DNA of 64,000 nucleotides from Dictyostelium discoideum (Eukaryota): NCBI GenBank assembly GCA_000004695.1, contig CM000151.3, positions 4,896,001 to 4,960,000 of the forward strand, read 5' to 3'. Shown piece by piece: positions 53,122 to 64,000 of this stretch (position 1 is its first letter; each line of letters starts with the position of its first letter). The notes under the pieces were generated by a model. It saw only the letters and a program-made list of their open reading frames with translations, ran no database searches and was not told where the DNA came from. The position numbers and the translations under genes were made by a program.

Positions 53122-56100
53122 TTATAATATTTATTAATATTATTATTATTATTATTATTATTATTTATTTTATTTAGTCAAATGATTTTAGTGATATTTC
53201 AAATTCATCAATATTTTCATTTTCATGGTTTATATTTGATTTAATAATTAAATCAATTGGATTATATAAATTAGATGGTAAAGTACCAATAAAGGATGGA
53301 GCAACATCACCAAGTTTACCATTTTTCGAAATTCATGATCCAGAATTTATAAAGTTTATACCAAAATTAGTATCATTTGGACTATCACATATTTTAAATT
53401 CAATTACAACAAATCAAGATTGTAGATTGGCATCTGATGCAAATAATAATTTAGCATTATTTATTAGGGATTTATTTGGTGTTTTCGATAGAGGTGTTGT
53501 TATAGATTTATTATTCACTTTTATAAATGATATTAATCAAGGTATTGGAAAGGATCCACAAAATGCAACAACTTTTCTTTATTATAAATTCGATTTTCTA
53601 AAGATCATTTGTGATTATGAACATTATATAAATCTAAATATACCAACACTCTATTCAATTAGTAGTATTCAAAATTTGTCAACTAAAATCAATGATACTC
53701 ATCCAATTTCGGGTATTTTGATTCGTGAGGTTTTGGAAATCATTTTCCATGGTTATCATTCAATTGAAGTTAGGAATGTGGCTTTTACAACATTGAGTAC
53801 CATTCTAACAAAACATGACTATGATCAACGTTATCAAACACTTGCAAAGAAAGAAAGAATTGCTTCAATTTATTTCCCTTTAATTTTAGAATTAATTGAT
53901 CATCAAGATAAATTCAATCATTGGTTTAGTATTGCAGATATCACTGAAAAACGTTTACTCATTTCCTCTCTATTATTTGTATTAAAGAATTTATCAAAAC
54001 CATTATTAAAACAATGGTTTCATAAAGAAGTACCACAAAGATTAAATATTTTATTCGAATTATTAGGTCAATTTGCAAATGCTTTTGAATATCAACAAAT
54101 TAAAAATCAACAACAAAATCAACAACAACAGCAACAACAAAATGGTGCTATTGGTGGTAGTGGTAGTGGTGGTAGTGGTGGTAATAGTATTAATCATTCT
54201 CAAGGTGATAGTGGTAATTATCCTTCACAATCAATTGAATCTGGTACAGGTATTCAAAATCAAAATAATAATAGTACTAGTAGTATTGGTACAATTTCCT
54301 CATCTGGTAGTTTTATACCAACTCCACCACCTCCAATGTCAATGATGGCACATAGTGGTAAGTTATCAAAAGATGTTTTCATGAAAAAGAATCAATCTTC
54401 ACCATTAAAAGATTCTTCTTCAAATTTATTAAATAGATCAGGTTCAAATTCTTCATTATCAATTAATACAAGTGGTGGTGGTAGTACTAATCAACAACAA
54501 CAACAAATTTCACCATCTGCTTCACAAGAAGTTATACCACCATCACCACCATCTACACCACCTGTTCCATCTACAAATTTACAACAACAGCAACAGCAAC
54601 AACAACAACAACAACAATCAAATATTACAACATCAACAGATTCAAATAATGGTGATGGTATTAATTTAATTCAAGCATTTGCACATGCAACAATTAAAGA
54701 AGCTACAAGTATTAATAGTAGTAGTTCAAGCCTTTCAATACCAAATGATCCAGCAGCAGCAGCAGGAGCAGTAATTGGTAATCGTAATAGAACATCAGTT
54801 AATGGTAGTACAAGTATGGGAACAAGTGCAGCAATTTCAGCAGCAGTTGTAGCAGCAGCAGCAGCATCAGGACCAAATAGAAATCGTCAAATTGGCACAA
54901 ATGAAGCTGTATTAGCATCTGAAGCAAATTTAATTATATTAGATTTCATAGAGGATTTAATTAAATATCAATATACATTACTTAAAGAGAATGATTCACC
55001 ATTATTTGAAAAGTTATTCCAATTATTTATAATTCTATTAAAGAAACGTCAATCACATCGTGTAACAAGTTGTTTATTTGCATCATTACGTTCATTCGTA
55101 TTCAAATTTAGAAATCATTTCTTTAAAGATCAACAAAACAATTATTGTAATCAATTATGTTGTGAAGTATTACGTTATTGTAATTTCCCATCAAAAGAGA
55201 TTAGAGCTGTTGCAACCGGTTTCTTATATTCAATGATTAAACATAATAATCAAGTGGTTGGTAATTTTGGTAGAATGAAAATTCAAGCCACAATTGCATT
55301 GAGTAATCTAGCCAATAGTGGTGTATTTAAAAATGATTTCAAAAATTTAGAAAGATCATTTTCAACCATTTCAAAATATTCAATTGAGGAGCGTATGTTG
55401 GAATCGTCCAATAATACAATCATTGGTTTGAATCTATTGGCAACCCTATCAAAGGATGAAATTCAAGAGGTGAAAAATAAATTTAGTATTCAAATTCAAA
55501 AGATGTCAAATAAACTTTCAAAGATTATTCGTGATACAGTTAGAGCAAACCTTTTGAAAGCAAATTCCGATCCTGAAACCATTCATGAACTTTATAGTGA
55601 GATTGCATCTGGTTATTCCGATACACCAATCATTAGAATCGATTGGTTGAATATTTTAGCAAATAAACATATCGAAGAGGAGAATTTCTTTGAGGCAGCA
55701 GTTTGTAAACTTAGAATAGCTCTATTGATCATTGAGTATTTAGAACAAAATAAATTAATACCATGTAAATTGGATTTAACATTGATCGATCAAATTTGTC
55801 CAGGAATTTCTGAACATGTAATTCAAGAGGATGATGGTGTTTTCACATCACCAATTTTCTCATTACATGGTTTAACCACAACGATTCTATTGGCAACTAA
55901 TCAATTCCGTATGGGTGATTATTTCGAATATTCAATTCTACTTTATAAATTCCTAATGCCACTCTATGAAAAGAATAGAGATTTCGCAAATCTTTCCGAT
56001 TGTCATAAACAAATCACCGATCTATACAAAGAGATCATCAAAGCCTATGAAAATAAATCACGTATGTTGGGTCGTTATTATAGAGTTGGTTTCTATGGTG

Positions 56101-57278
56101 AAGGATTTGAAGATTTGGATGGAAAAGAATTCATTTATAAAGAACCAAAACTCACTCATTTATTCGCACTCTCTGAACGTTTGAAAACTTTTTACACAAA
56201 GAAATTCCATCAAGAAGTTGTGGTTTTCCCTGACAGTGGAAAAATTGAACGTTCCAATTTGGATACTGGTAGACTTTATCTCCAAATCACTTCTTTGAAA
56301 CCATATTTTGATCCAAAGGATTTAGAATTATCACCAAGACCTGATTATTTCGAAAAACATACCCTTTTGAAAGATTTTGTTTTCATTACACCTTTTACAC
56401 TCACTGGTCGTACTCAAGGTTCAATCACTGAACAATTTCATCGTAAAACTATACTCACCATTGAAAATACTGCTCCAAATATGTTGAAACGTTATTTGGT
56501 AGCAAGTAAGAAAGAGATTGAAATTAGTCCAATCGAGAATTCAATTGAAACCATTCAAAAGAGAAATCAATTGTTATCCATTGAAATCAATCAAAATCCA
56601 CCATCAATTAAAACTTTACAAGGTGTTTTACAAGGTAGTGTTTTATTGCAAGTCAATGCTGGTGCCTTGGAGATTTGTCGTGGTTTCTTGGCAAATCAAA
56701 TGCGTGTTAATTGGCCCGCTCATCATATTGAAACTTTGGCTCAGGAATGTACAATCTTTTTAAAACATTGTAAACGTGCTTTGGATATCAATAAGAATAA
56801 GATTCAAATGAATCAAATCTCTTTTCATCAAGAATTGGAATTGGGTTATGCTAAACTTTACTTTAAAATGGATCGTTATATTCGTGCTGAAATTAATAAT
56901 GAATCTGATGAAGAAGCTATCGATATGGATCAACAACCTGAAACTGTTCAATCTTCATATGGAGCCGAGGATGAATCTTCTCTAATCACTGATTTATCAT
57001 ATGATGATGATATCTCTATTAAAGAATCTTCACCAAATAATATTTTAGATAATTTATTACCAAATTTAAAAAAGAAATCAATGGATAATTTTTTAACAAT
57101 TAAAGAAGATAAACGTATTAAAAGAGGTTCTGCTGAATTTGATAATAATTCAACAACATTAAATAATAATAATAGTAATAATAATAATAATAATAATTCC
57201 AATAGTAATAATAATTCACCATTTCCAATCCAAACTCCAAGGTCAATGAATGATAAAAAATTTTCAAATAATCATTAA
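49318..57278 (+). CDS. DOCK-family Rac/Cdc42 GEF (DHR-1 + DHR-2), about 2622 aa; join(49318..53085,53178..57278)
   Basis: Donor aga|gtaagt at 53086 and acceptor tttag|tca at 53178 are both phase 0. They link ..LFLMRKR to SNDFSDISNSSIFSFSWFIFDLIIKSIGLY.., continuous with the second long ORF. The C-terminal region has DHR-2 hallmarks (RMLGRYYRVGFYGEGFEDLDGKEFIYKEPKLTHLFALSERLKTFY..LYLQITSLKPYF..FTLTGRTQGSITEQ). The central region is C2-like (DHR-1). The N-terminal 400 aa are S/T/N low complexity. Confidence 0.8.
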
Positions 57279-57640
57279 TTTTATAATATAATAAAAAAAA
57301 ATTTAATGAAAAAAAAAAAAAAAAAAAATCTATTTATAACTCAAAACTATTTATAACTTAAAACAATTAAATAAAATCTTTTTTTTTTTTTTTTTTTTTT
57401 TTCAAATTCAATAAGAAGTAATCCAATTATTTGAAAAATATAAAATATAAAATAACCAAAAAAAATAATTTAATTATTTAATTTTTTTTTTTTTTTTTTT
57501 TAATTTTTAATTAATCCCAAAGAAATCAATTTTTTTTTTTTAATTTTATTTTCATTAAAAAAAAAAAAAAAAAAATCCACAATTCAAAACTTTTTATAAC
57601 TTAGAATATTATTAAATAATATCTTTTTTTCACACAAATA

Positions 57641-57706
57641 ATGAAATCTTTTATTAACTCTATCATTTCAAATTTTAATATAAATCAAAATAATAAAGAT
57701 AATAAA

Positions 57707-57770
<64 letters not shown>

Positions 57771-59428
57771 TTTTAATTTTAAATAAAGAAAATTCTAATG
57801 ATAAATTATTTTTTAAAATTTGGAGAAATAAATACCTATTAAAAGAAATTAGTTATCATTTAAGATTATATAATGAACATTTTGGTAGATGTTTTGATTT
57901 TCAAAGTTTAAAAAAATATGAATTTAAAGATTATATAACATCAATTGGTATCAGAAATGATGATAATTCAATAATTTTAAATGATTTAATACCATGGAAT
58001 ATTGATTCAATTACATTTTATACAACGATTAATGAAGAGTTATTAAATAAATTACCAAAATCAATAACATCGATATCGGTTAACAATAGTATACCAATGG
58101 TTGTTGCATTGATACCAAGTCATATTAAAACCATTGAATTTCAATCAAACTTTCAAAAAGCATTAATTCAAGGTTTTTTACCTGACGGTTTAAAGAATTT
58201 AATATTTACAAATCAATCTTTTCAATTAACAATTGGTATGATACCACAATCAGTTCAATATATTCAATTGGGTAAAGATAATTGTAATTTAATTGAAAAT
58301 CCAGATGTTTTACCAAAGAATTTAAAAACTTTAAAATTTGGTTATAATTCAACATCACTCATTAATCAAAATACAATACCACCGAGTGTAACTCATGTTG
58401 AACTCAATGAATTTTTAATACCAAAACCATGGATTGGTTTTCAATCAAATCCATTTCCAAATTCTGTAACCTATTTAAAAATTAATGCATATTCATTCTA
58501 TCAAATACCAGTTCCACCAAATGTTAAAACTTTAATTTATTCTGGTAATTTCTCTTTTAAAAATTCAACATTTCCATCATCATCATCATCATCAATACCA
58601 ACATCATCAACATCTGAAAATATTAATCAAGAATCAATATTTTCATTTCCAAAAACTTTAAAAACTTTAACATTAAGTTCAGATTTTAATCAACCATTAA
58701 AAAATTTATTACCAAATTCAATTACAAAATTAACATTTGGTGGTGCTTTTAATTGTCAATTAGAAAATAGTATACCAAAATCAATAAAATTTTTAAAATT
58801 TGGTAATTCATTTAATAAAATAATTAAAATTGGTGAATTAACTTCTATCTCTCCTTCTTCTAATCAAATTAACAATGAAAATAATGATAATGAAATTAAT
58901 GATAATAACAATAATAATGAAATTGAAGAATCAAATTTAGAAATTTTAATACTTAATAGAGATTTTAATCAAAAAATTTTAATTGGTTCTTTACCAAACT
59001 CATTAAAAGAATTATATTTTAGTTATTTTTTTAATCAATCATTTGATGTTGGTAGTTTACCAATTGCTTTAAAGAAATTAGTTTTAGGTTCAAATTTTAA
59101 TCAACAATTTAAAAAAAATCAATTACCTCACTCATTAACTTGGTTAGAATTAAATTTTGACTATGATCAACCTTTTATACCATTTGAATCATTACCTCAA
59201 TCTTTAACCTATTTAGAAGTAGGTAGATCTTTCAATCAAGAAATTCAATTTGGTTCCTTACCAGATAGTTTAGAAATCATTAAATTTGGTTTCAAATTTC
59301 AACAATTATTATTATTTGAAAATTTACCAAAATCAATTAAATCAATTCATCTTTGTTCAAATTATAATTTATTAAATAATAATAATAGCAATAATATACC
59401 TTATTATTTAATAAATAATTTTAAATAA
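57641..59428 (+). CDS. FNIP-repeat-containing protein (Dictyostelium-type about 22-aa FNIP repeats), 595 aa
   Basis: Single ORF with reiterated ..LP.S(I/L)..L.FG..FNQ(P/S)L.. units (FNQPLKNLLPNSITKLTFGGAFNCQLENSIPKSIKFLKFGNSFN..) and an N-terminal polyN. Confidence 0.75.
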
Positions 59429-59537
59429 ATAATTGTTATTTATTATTTATTATTTATTTGTTATTTTAAAAATTATTTTTTTTTATTTTTTTTTTATTTT
59501 TTTTTTTTTTTATTTTTATTTTTATTTTTTTTTTTAT

Positions 59538-59639
<102 letters not shown>

Positions 59640-59752
59640 CTTCACACTTGTGTTCTTGTCTTACCCCCCCCCGTCACTCTCTTTCAACTAAAATCGTTTG
59701 TTTTTTTATTTTTTTATTTTTTTATTTTTTTTATTTTATTTTCAAGATTTAT

Positions 59753-60224
59753 TTATAAATCATCGTCATCATCCATTAAATCAGCGATGTCATCATCGAT
59801 TTCTTCATCATCTTCATCATCAGCACCTTCCATACCATCGAATTCATCAGATTCATCATCTTCATCATCTTCTTCAACCATATCACCATCAGCATCTTGT
59901 TGCTCATTATCACTAGCTTCATCATAAACAAGACTTGGTTCATAATCGATTGATTCAGTTTTATCACCTTTAGTTTGACTAGAAATTAATTCAAATTTAC
60001 CAACCAATTTTGATAATCTATTATGTAATTCAAATTTATCTTGAATAATTGTATTTAAAACTGATAATTTCTTTGATAAATTTGGTACTGATAATAAATA
60101 ACTTGAATGATCTTTAATAATGCAATTAATCCATGGTAAAACAATTAATCTTTTTTTTTTTTTAAAAAAAAAAAAAGTAAATAAATATTAGTATATATAT
60201 TTATTATATTTAAAATTTAATTTT

Positions 60225-60260
<36 letters not shown>

Positions 60261-61779
60261 AAAAAAAAAAAAGAAATACATTACGATTTTGAATTATCAG
60301 TTGCTAAATATTTTAATAATTTTGATAAAAGACTATATGCGTATGGAGATGGTAATGATTTAACAGTACTTTGAATAACATTGAAATTAACTTTAATTGA
60401 AGATAATAAAAGGTTATCATTATCAGATTTCAAACTTTGAGCAATTAAATCAACGATTGTACCAGCTGATGCAATTGAATCTGTTGATTTTTTAATTGTT
60501 GGTAAATTAACTTTATCTTGTTTCATCTCTGCTGCATTTCCTTGAATTGAAATGGTTTCTGATGTTTTTTGTTTTTTATTATTAATTGTTGTAGTTTTAT
60601 CAAATTCAATTGGATTTTCAACTGTAATTGATTTAATAAATGATTTTTTATCAAAAAATTTCTAAATAATAAATTAAAAAAAATAAAGAGTGATTAATAA
60701 AAAATAATTATTATTATTATTAAAAAAAAAAAAATACAACTTACAACTCTTTCAAATTGATATTTTTCTTTTTCAAAGAAAGCTAAAATTAATTCAGAAG
60801 CAGAATGGAAATTCATTGAAATAATTTGATTTGATTTATTTGTAATTTCGGTGATTGGAGTTTCAGCATCTGTATTATATTGATCATCTTGATAGTAAGC
60901 CCAAATATTAATTTGTGAATTTTGTAAGAGTGAAGAAATTAAATATTGAGTAACAGTTTTTGAAGCACGTTTTATTTCATGAGTAAAAATTGAAATTGAT
61001 TTAGTTGGGCTTGTTGCATTTAAAGTAAAAGTTGGTTCTGTAGTATTGGTATTATTTGCTGTTAATTTCTCTATATTATAAATTTGAATGGTTGGTTGAT
61101 ATCTATTACAAATTAAAAATTTATCATCTTGAGTGAATTGAATTTGTTTGATTGAATTTGAACCGGTTGAAACTTTTTTAGATTCTTTAAAGTTTGATAA
61201 ATCAATGAATGTGATATCATTATTTGCTATAGCTAATTGAGATTCACGATTATTTAATCCCATTGATGAAATTGATTTCTCTGATGATTCAAATGATCTT
61301 ATGATATGTTTTGTCTTTATATCCCATTGTGAAACTTTACCACCATGACTTGATGTGAATAAATATCTTTTACCTAATACTACTGCTGTTATATTTTTTG
61401 AATGGGTATCGAAAATACCTTTTTTCTTAAAATCAATACAATCATACATATAAATTTTACCTGAATTTGATACTGCTACTAAATTTTTATAATATTCTTT
61501 CTATAGAATTAAATAAATAAATAATTAATTAATTATTATTAATAACAAAGAAAAAAATAAAAAATAAAATAAAATGGGGTAATTATAATTTATATTTACT
61601 TTTTCACTTTTATCGTGTGTTGAGAATGTCAATAAAATAATTTGATTTTTTGATTCTTCAATTTCTACGAATGTGTGTAAAAGTTTACAATTAAAAGAGT
61701 TGAAAACTTCGATCTTGTTGTCTTTACCAACACGAGCGAATAATTCTCTATCTTTATCATAAGTAGTAACAGATGTCAT
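59753..61779 (-). CDS. WD40 + Utp12-domain nucleolar protein (Utp5/WDR43-like), 569 aa; complement(join(61600..61779,60745..61500,60285..60661,59753..60149))
   Basis: Exon 1 is MTSVTTYDKDRELFARVGKDNKIEVFNS..DKSEK (donor gtaaat). Exon 2 (acceptor ctatag|aaa) is KEYYKNLVAVSNSGKIYMYDCIDFKKKGIFDTHSKNITAVVLGKRYLFTSSHGGKVSQWDIKTKH.. (WD repeats), ending ..QFERV|gtaagt. Exon 3 (acceptor tttag|aaa) ends ..KYLATDNSKS(tc), donor gtaatg. Exon 4 is LIVLPWINCIIKDHSSYLLSVPNLSKKLSVLNTIIQDKFELHNRLSKLVGKFELI.. followed by an acidic D/E tail. All phases were checked. The assignment rests on WD40 plus a C-terminal Utp12-like helical region. Confidence 0.5.
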
Positions 61780-61825
61780 TATTTTTTTTTTTTTTAACTC
61801 TATCTCTTTACCATTCGGTTTTTCG

Positions 61826-61861
<36 letters not shown>

Positions 61862-62119
61862 TTCGGTTTTTCAAAAAAAAAAAAAAAATTAAAAAAAATA
61901 AAAAAAAAATAAATTTATTTTTATTTTCGATCCCTATTCAATTTTAAAATAACATTTTATTAAACAAAAAAATAAATTAATTAATTAAATAAATAATTAG
62001 TGTTTCCACCCTTTTAAATAATTAGTGTTTCCACTTGATTATAATAAATAATAAACATTTAAAAAATATTAAATAAACTTTAAAATTTTGGTATATGATA
62101 ATAAGAAATTTAAACAAAC

Positions 62120-62162
<43 letters not shown>

Positions 62163-62209
62163 AAAATGATTTTATTTTAATTATTGTTTTTTATTTATTT
62201 TGTTTAATT

Positions 62210-64000
62210 TTAAATTAATTTTATAAATTTATTAAAAAAATTGGAATCCATGATATTAATTAGGTTTGAGTATTTATTAATGTAAATTGTTTCTAATGAA
62301 GATGTAAAGTAATCATCAAATGATGATGAAAAGTCTTGTTTGAATATGATTGAATGAATTGTTAATTCTTTTAAAGAGGATGGTAATGAACCAATTTGAA
62401 AATCATAGATATAATTAGAACCTAATTCTAAATTTGTTATACTATTTGGAAGTGTTCCAACTTGAAATATTTGATTGAATTTACTACCACTAAATTTTAA
62501 AACTTTTAAAGATGGTGGTAAAACATCCTTTTCAATTGGTTGATTAAAATGATCACCAAATGTTAAATTGATAATTGACTTTGGTAATACACCTTTTTCA
62601 ATTGGTTGATTAAAGAATTTACCAAATGATAATGTAGTTAAATTACTTGGTAAAACATCTTTATTAATTGATTGATTAAAATAATCACCAAATGATAAAA
62701 TTTCAATTGAATTTGGTAAAACTCCTTTCTCTATATTATTATTGAAATAATAACTAAATGTTAATTTTTTAATTGTATTTGGTAAAACACCTTTTTCAAT
62801 TGGATGGTTAAAATTATAATAAAATGATAATGATATTACACCAACTGGTAGACTACCTTTTAGTAATGGCCTTTCATTCCATTTAATTGAAATCTCTTTG
62901 TCAACATTGTTTTTTGGTAACCCAAATGGAAAATCGGTAAACTTACCTACATTATAAATCAATGATGTAAATGTTGATGGTAATGTAACATCATCAATTT
63001 TTTTTTTAAATCCAATACCCAATTCCAATGATTTTAAATTTACTAAATTTAAAAAATAACCACTTGGTATACTTTGATTAAATGTACCACCAAATATTAA
63101 ATATTCCAATTTTGATGGGAATTGAAAATGGTCTAAACATTTATTAAACCTGTAACCTAATTCTAAATGTTCTAAATTTATTGGGAATTCACAATCTTCT
63201 AATGGTTGATTAAAATCATTACCTAATATTAATTTTTTAAGATTTATCAAATCACTGAAATCAAATTTATTATTAAAATCTAAACCAAATTCAATTGATA
63301 CTAAACTAATTGGTAAAAAATTTATTTTAATTAATCTATTGAACTCATCATTAAATTTAATTGATGTAATATAATTTGGTAATATTAAATTTGAATTATA
63401 TAAATTATTTAAATTTCTTTCAAAAATAAATTTTAAACCATTAATTCTCCAATTAAATTTAATATTACTACCAAAATATTTTGATGGTAAATTTAATGAT
63501 GTTAATGATTTTGGTAAAAAATTATTAATGTCACTAATTGGTTGACTGAATTCATTACCAAATTTCAATGATTTAATATTTGATGATAGCCAATTACCTT
63601 TTAAAGATTGATTGAATGAATCACCAAAATCAATAGATATAACACTTGAGGGTAAAAAACCAACTTCTAATGGGTTTTTGTTATAAACTCCATTAAATTG
63701 AATTGATGTTATACTTGGTGGTAATATTCCAGCTTTTAAAGGCCCACAATCATCATCAATTATGATAGTTTTAACACTATTAGGTATAACATTATTTTTA
63801 TCAAATTTCATTTTTCTAAAACAAATAGTATCTACTGATGTTGGTATTGTATTTTCATTAAATAATGAAAGTTTTAATTTAAAAAGTGATAAATATTTAA
63901 TACCATGTGGTAGTGGTAGTAGTTCAATAGTATCATTTTCATTATCTGTTCCAAAGATAAGAACATGATTAAAATATTCTTTATACTTATAATTCAAAAT
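62210..64000 (-). CDS. FNIP-repeat-containing protein, N-terminus runs off the window end (partial)
   Basis: The ORF is open to the window edge. It has reiterated FNQP/FNQS..LP.S..L.FG units (..FGDSFNQSLKGNWLSSNIKSLKFGNEFSQPI.., ..FGDHFNQPIEKDVLPPSLKVLKF..). Stop is at 62210-62212. Confidence 0.7.
   Translation of the reverse strand: MLNYKYKEYFNHVLIFGTDNENDTIELLPLPHGIKYLSLFKLKLSLFNENTIPTSVDTICFRKMKFDKNNVIPNSVKTIIIDDDCGPLKAGILPPSITSIQFNGVYNKNPLEVGFLPSSVISIDFGDSFNQSLKGNWLSSNIKSLKFGNEFSQPISDINNFLPKSLTSLNLPSKYFGSNIKFNWRINGLKFIFERNLNNLYNSNLILPNYITSIKFNDEFNRLIKINFLPISLVSIEFGLDFNNKFDFSDLINLKKLILGNDFNQPLEDCEFPINLEHLELGYRFNKCLDHFQFPSKLEYLIFGGTFNQSIPSGYFLNLVNLKSLELGIGFKKKIDDVTLPSTFTSLIYNVGKFTDFPFGLPKNNVDKEISIKWNERPLLKGSLPVGVISLSFYYNFNHPIEKGVLPNTIKKLTFSYYFNNNIEKGVLPNSIEILSFGDYFNQSINKDVLPSNLTTLSFGKFFNQPIEKGVLPKSIINLTFGDHFNQPIEKDVLPPSLKVLKFSGSKFNQIFQVGTLPNSITNLELGSNYIYDFQIGSLPSSLKELTIHSIIFKQDFSSSFDDYFTSSLETIYINKYSNLINIMDSNFFNKFIKLI

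Overview
The window is eukaryotic nuclear DNA with the hallmarks of Dictyostelium discoideum. It is about 78% AT, with poly(A)/poly(T) intergenic tracts, short AT-rich GT..AG introns (70-150 nt, often directly after the ATG), and coding (AAT)n and (CAA)n homopolymer tracts. No prokaryotic operons, CRISPR arrays, rRNA or tRNA genes are present. I can support about 30 protein-coding genes from splice-aware reading of both strands.

Identified genes, in order:
- CNOT4/Not4-like RING+RRM protein (+)
- metallo-beta-lactamase class II phosphodiesterase with two cNMP-binding domains, PdeD/GbpA-like (+)
- PP2C phosphatase (+)
- two adjacent TM/polyQ/polyN ORFs that may be one gene (+)
- an inverted paralog pair, 20421..21131 (+) and 34622..35317 (-)
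- V-ATPase c'' proteolipid (-) head-to-head with V-ATPase 16 kDa proteolipid vatP (+)
- cyclin C (+)
- a saposin-like secreted protein with a PT-repeat tail (-)
- a 121-nt assembly gap
- a tandem array of eight about 1.1 kb units (28.86-38.53 kb), each encoding on the minus strand a 54-64 aa peptide
- FKBP12-like PPIase (-), plus an FKBP pseudogene fragment
- a CDP-alcohol phosphotransferase, CEPT-like (+)
- a 604-aa hypothetical protein (-)
- a DOCK-family GEF of about 2622 aa with DHR-1/DHR-2 (+)
- a 595-aa FNIP-repeat protein (+)
- a WD40/Utp12-type Utp5/WDR43-like protein (-)
- a second FNIP-repeat gene (-), truncated at the window edge

The strongest candidate for an undescribed system is the eight-copy array. 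Each peptide is built from a 10-nt first micro-exon, ATGTTATTCA. The termini are conserved (MLFKSLNQ... at the N-terminus, ...VFTRPQMY[S/N]F at the C-terminus) and the middle is hypervariable. The ORF track missed these genes. Each unit also carries conserved upstream motifs and CA/GT-rich G-box-like elements.

All coordinates and splice junctions come from manual reading. No database searches were run.
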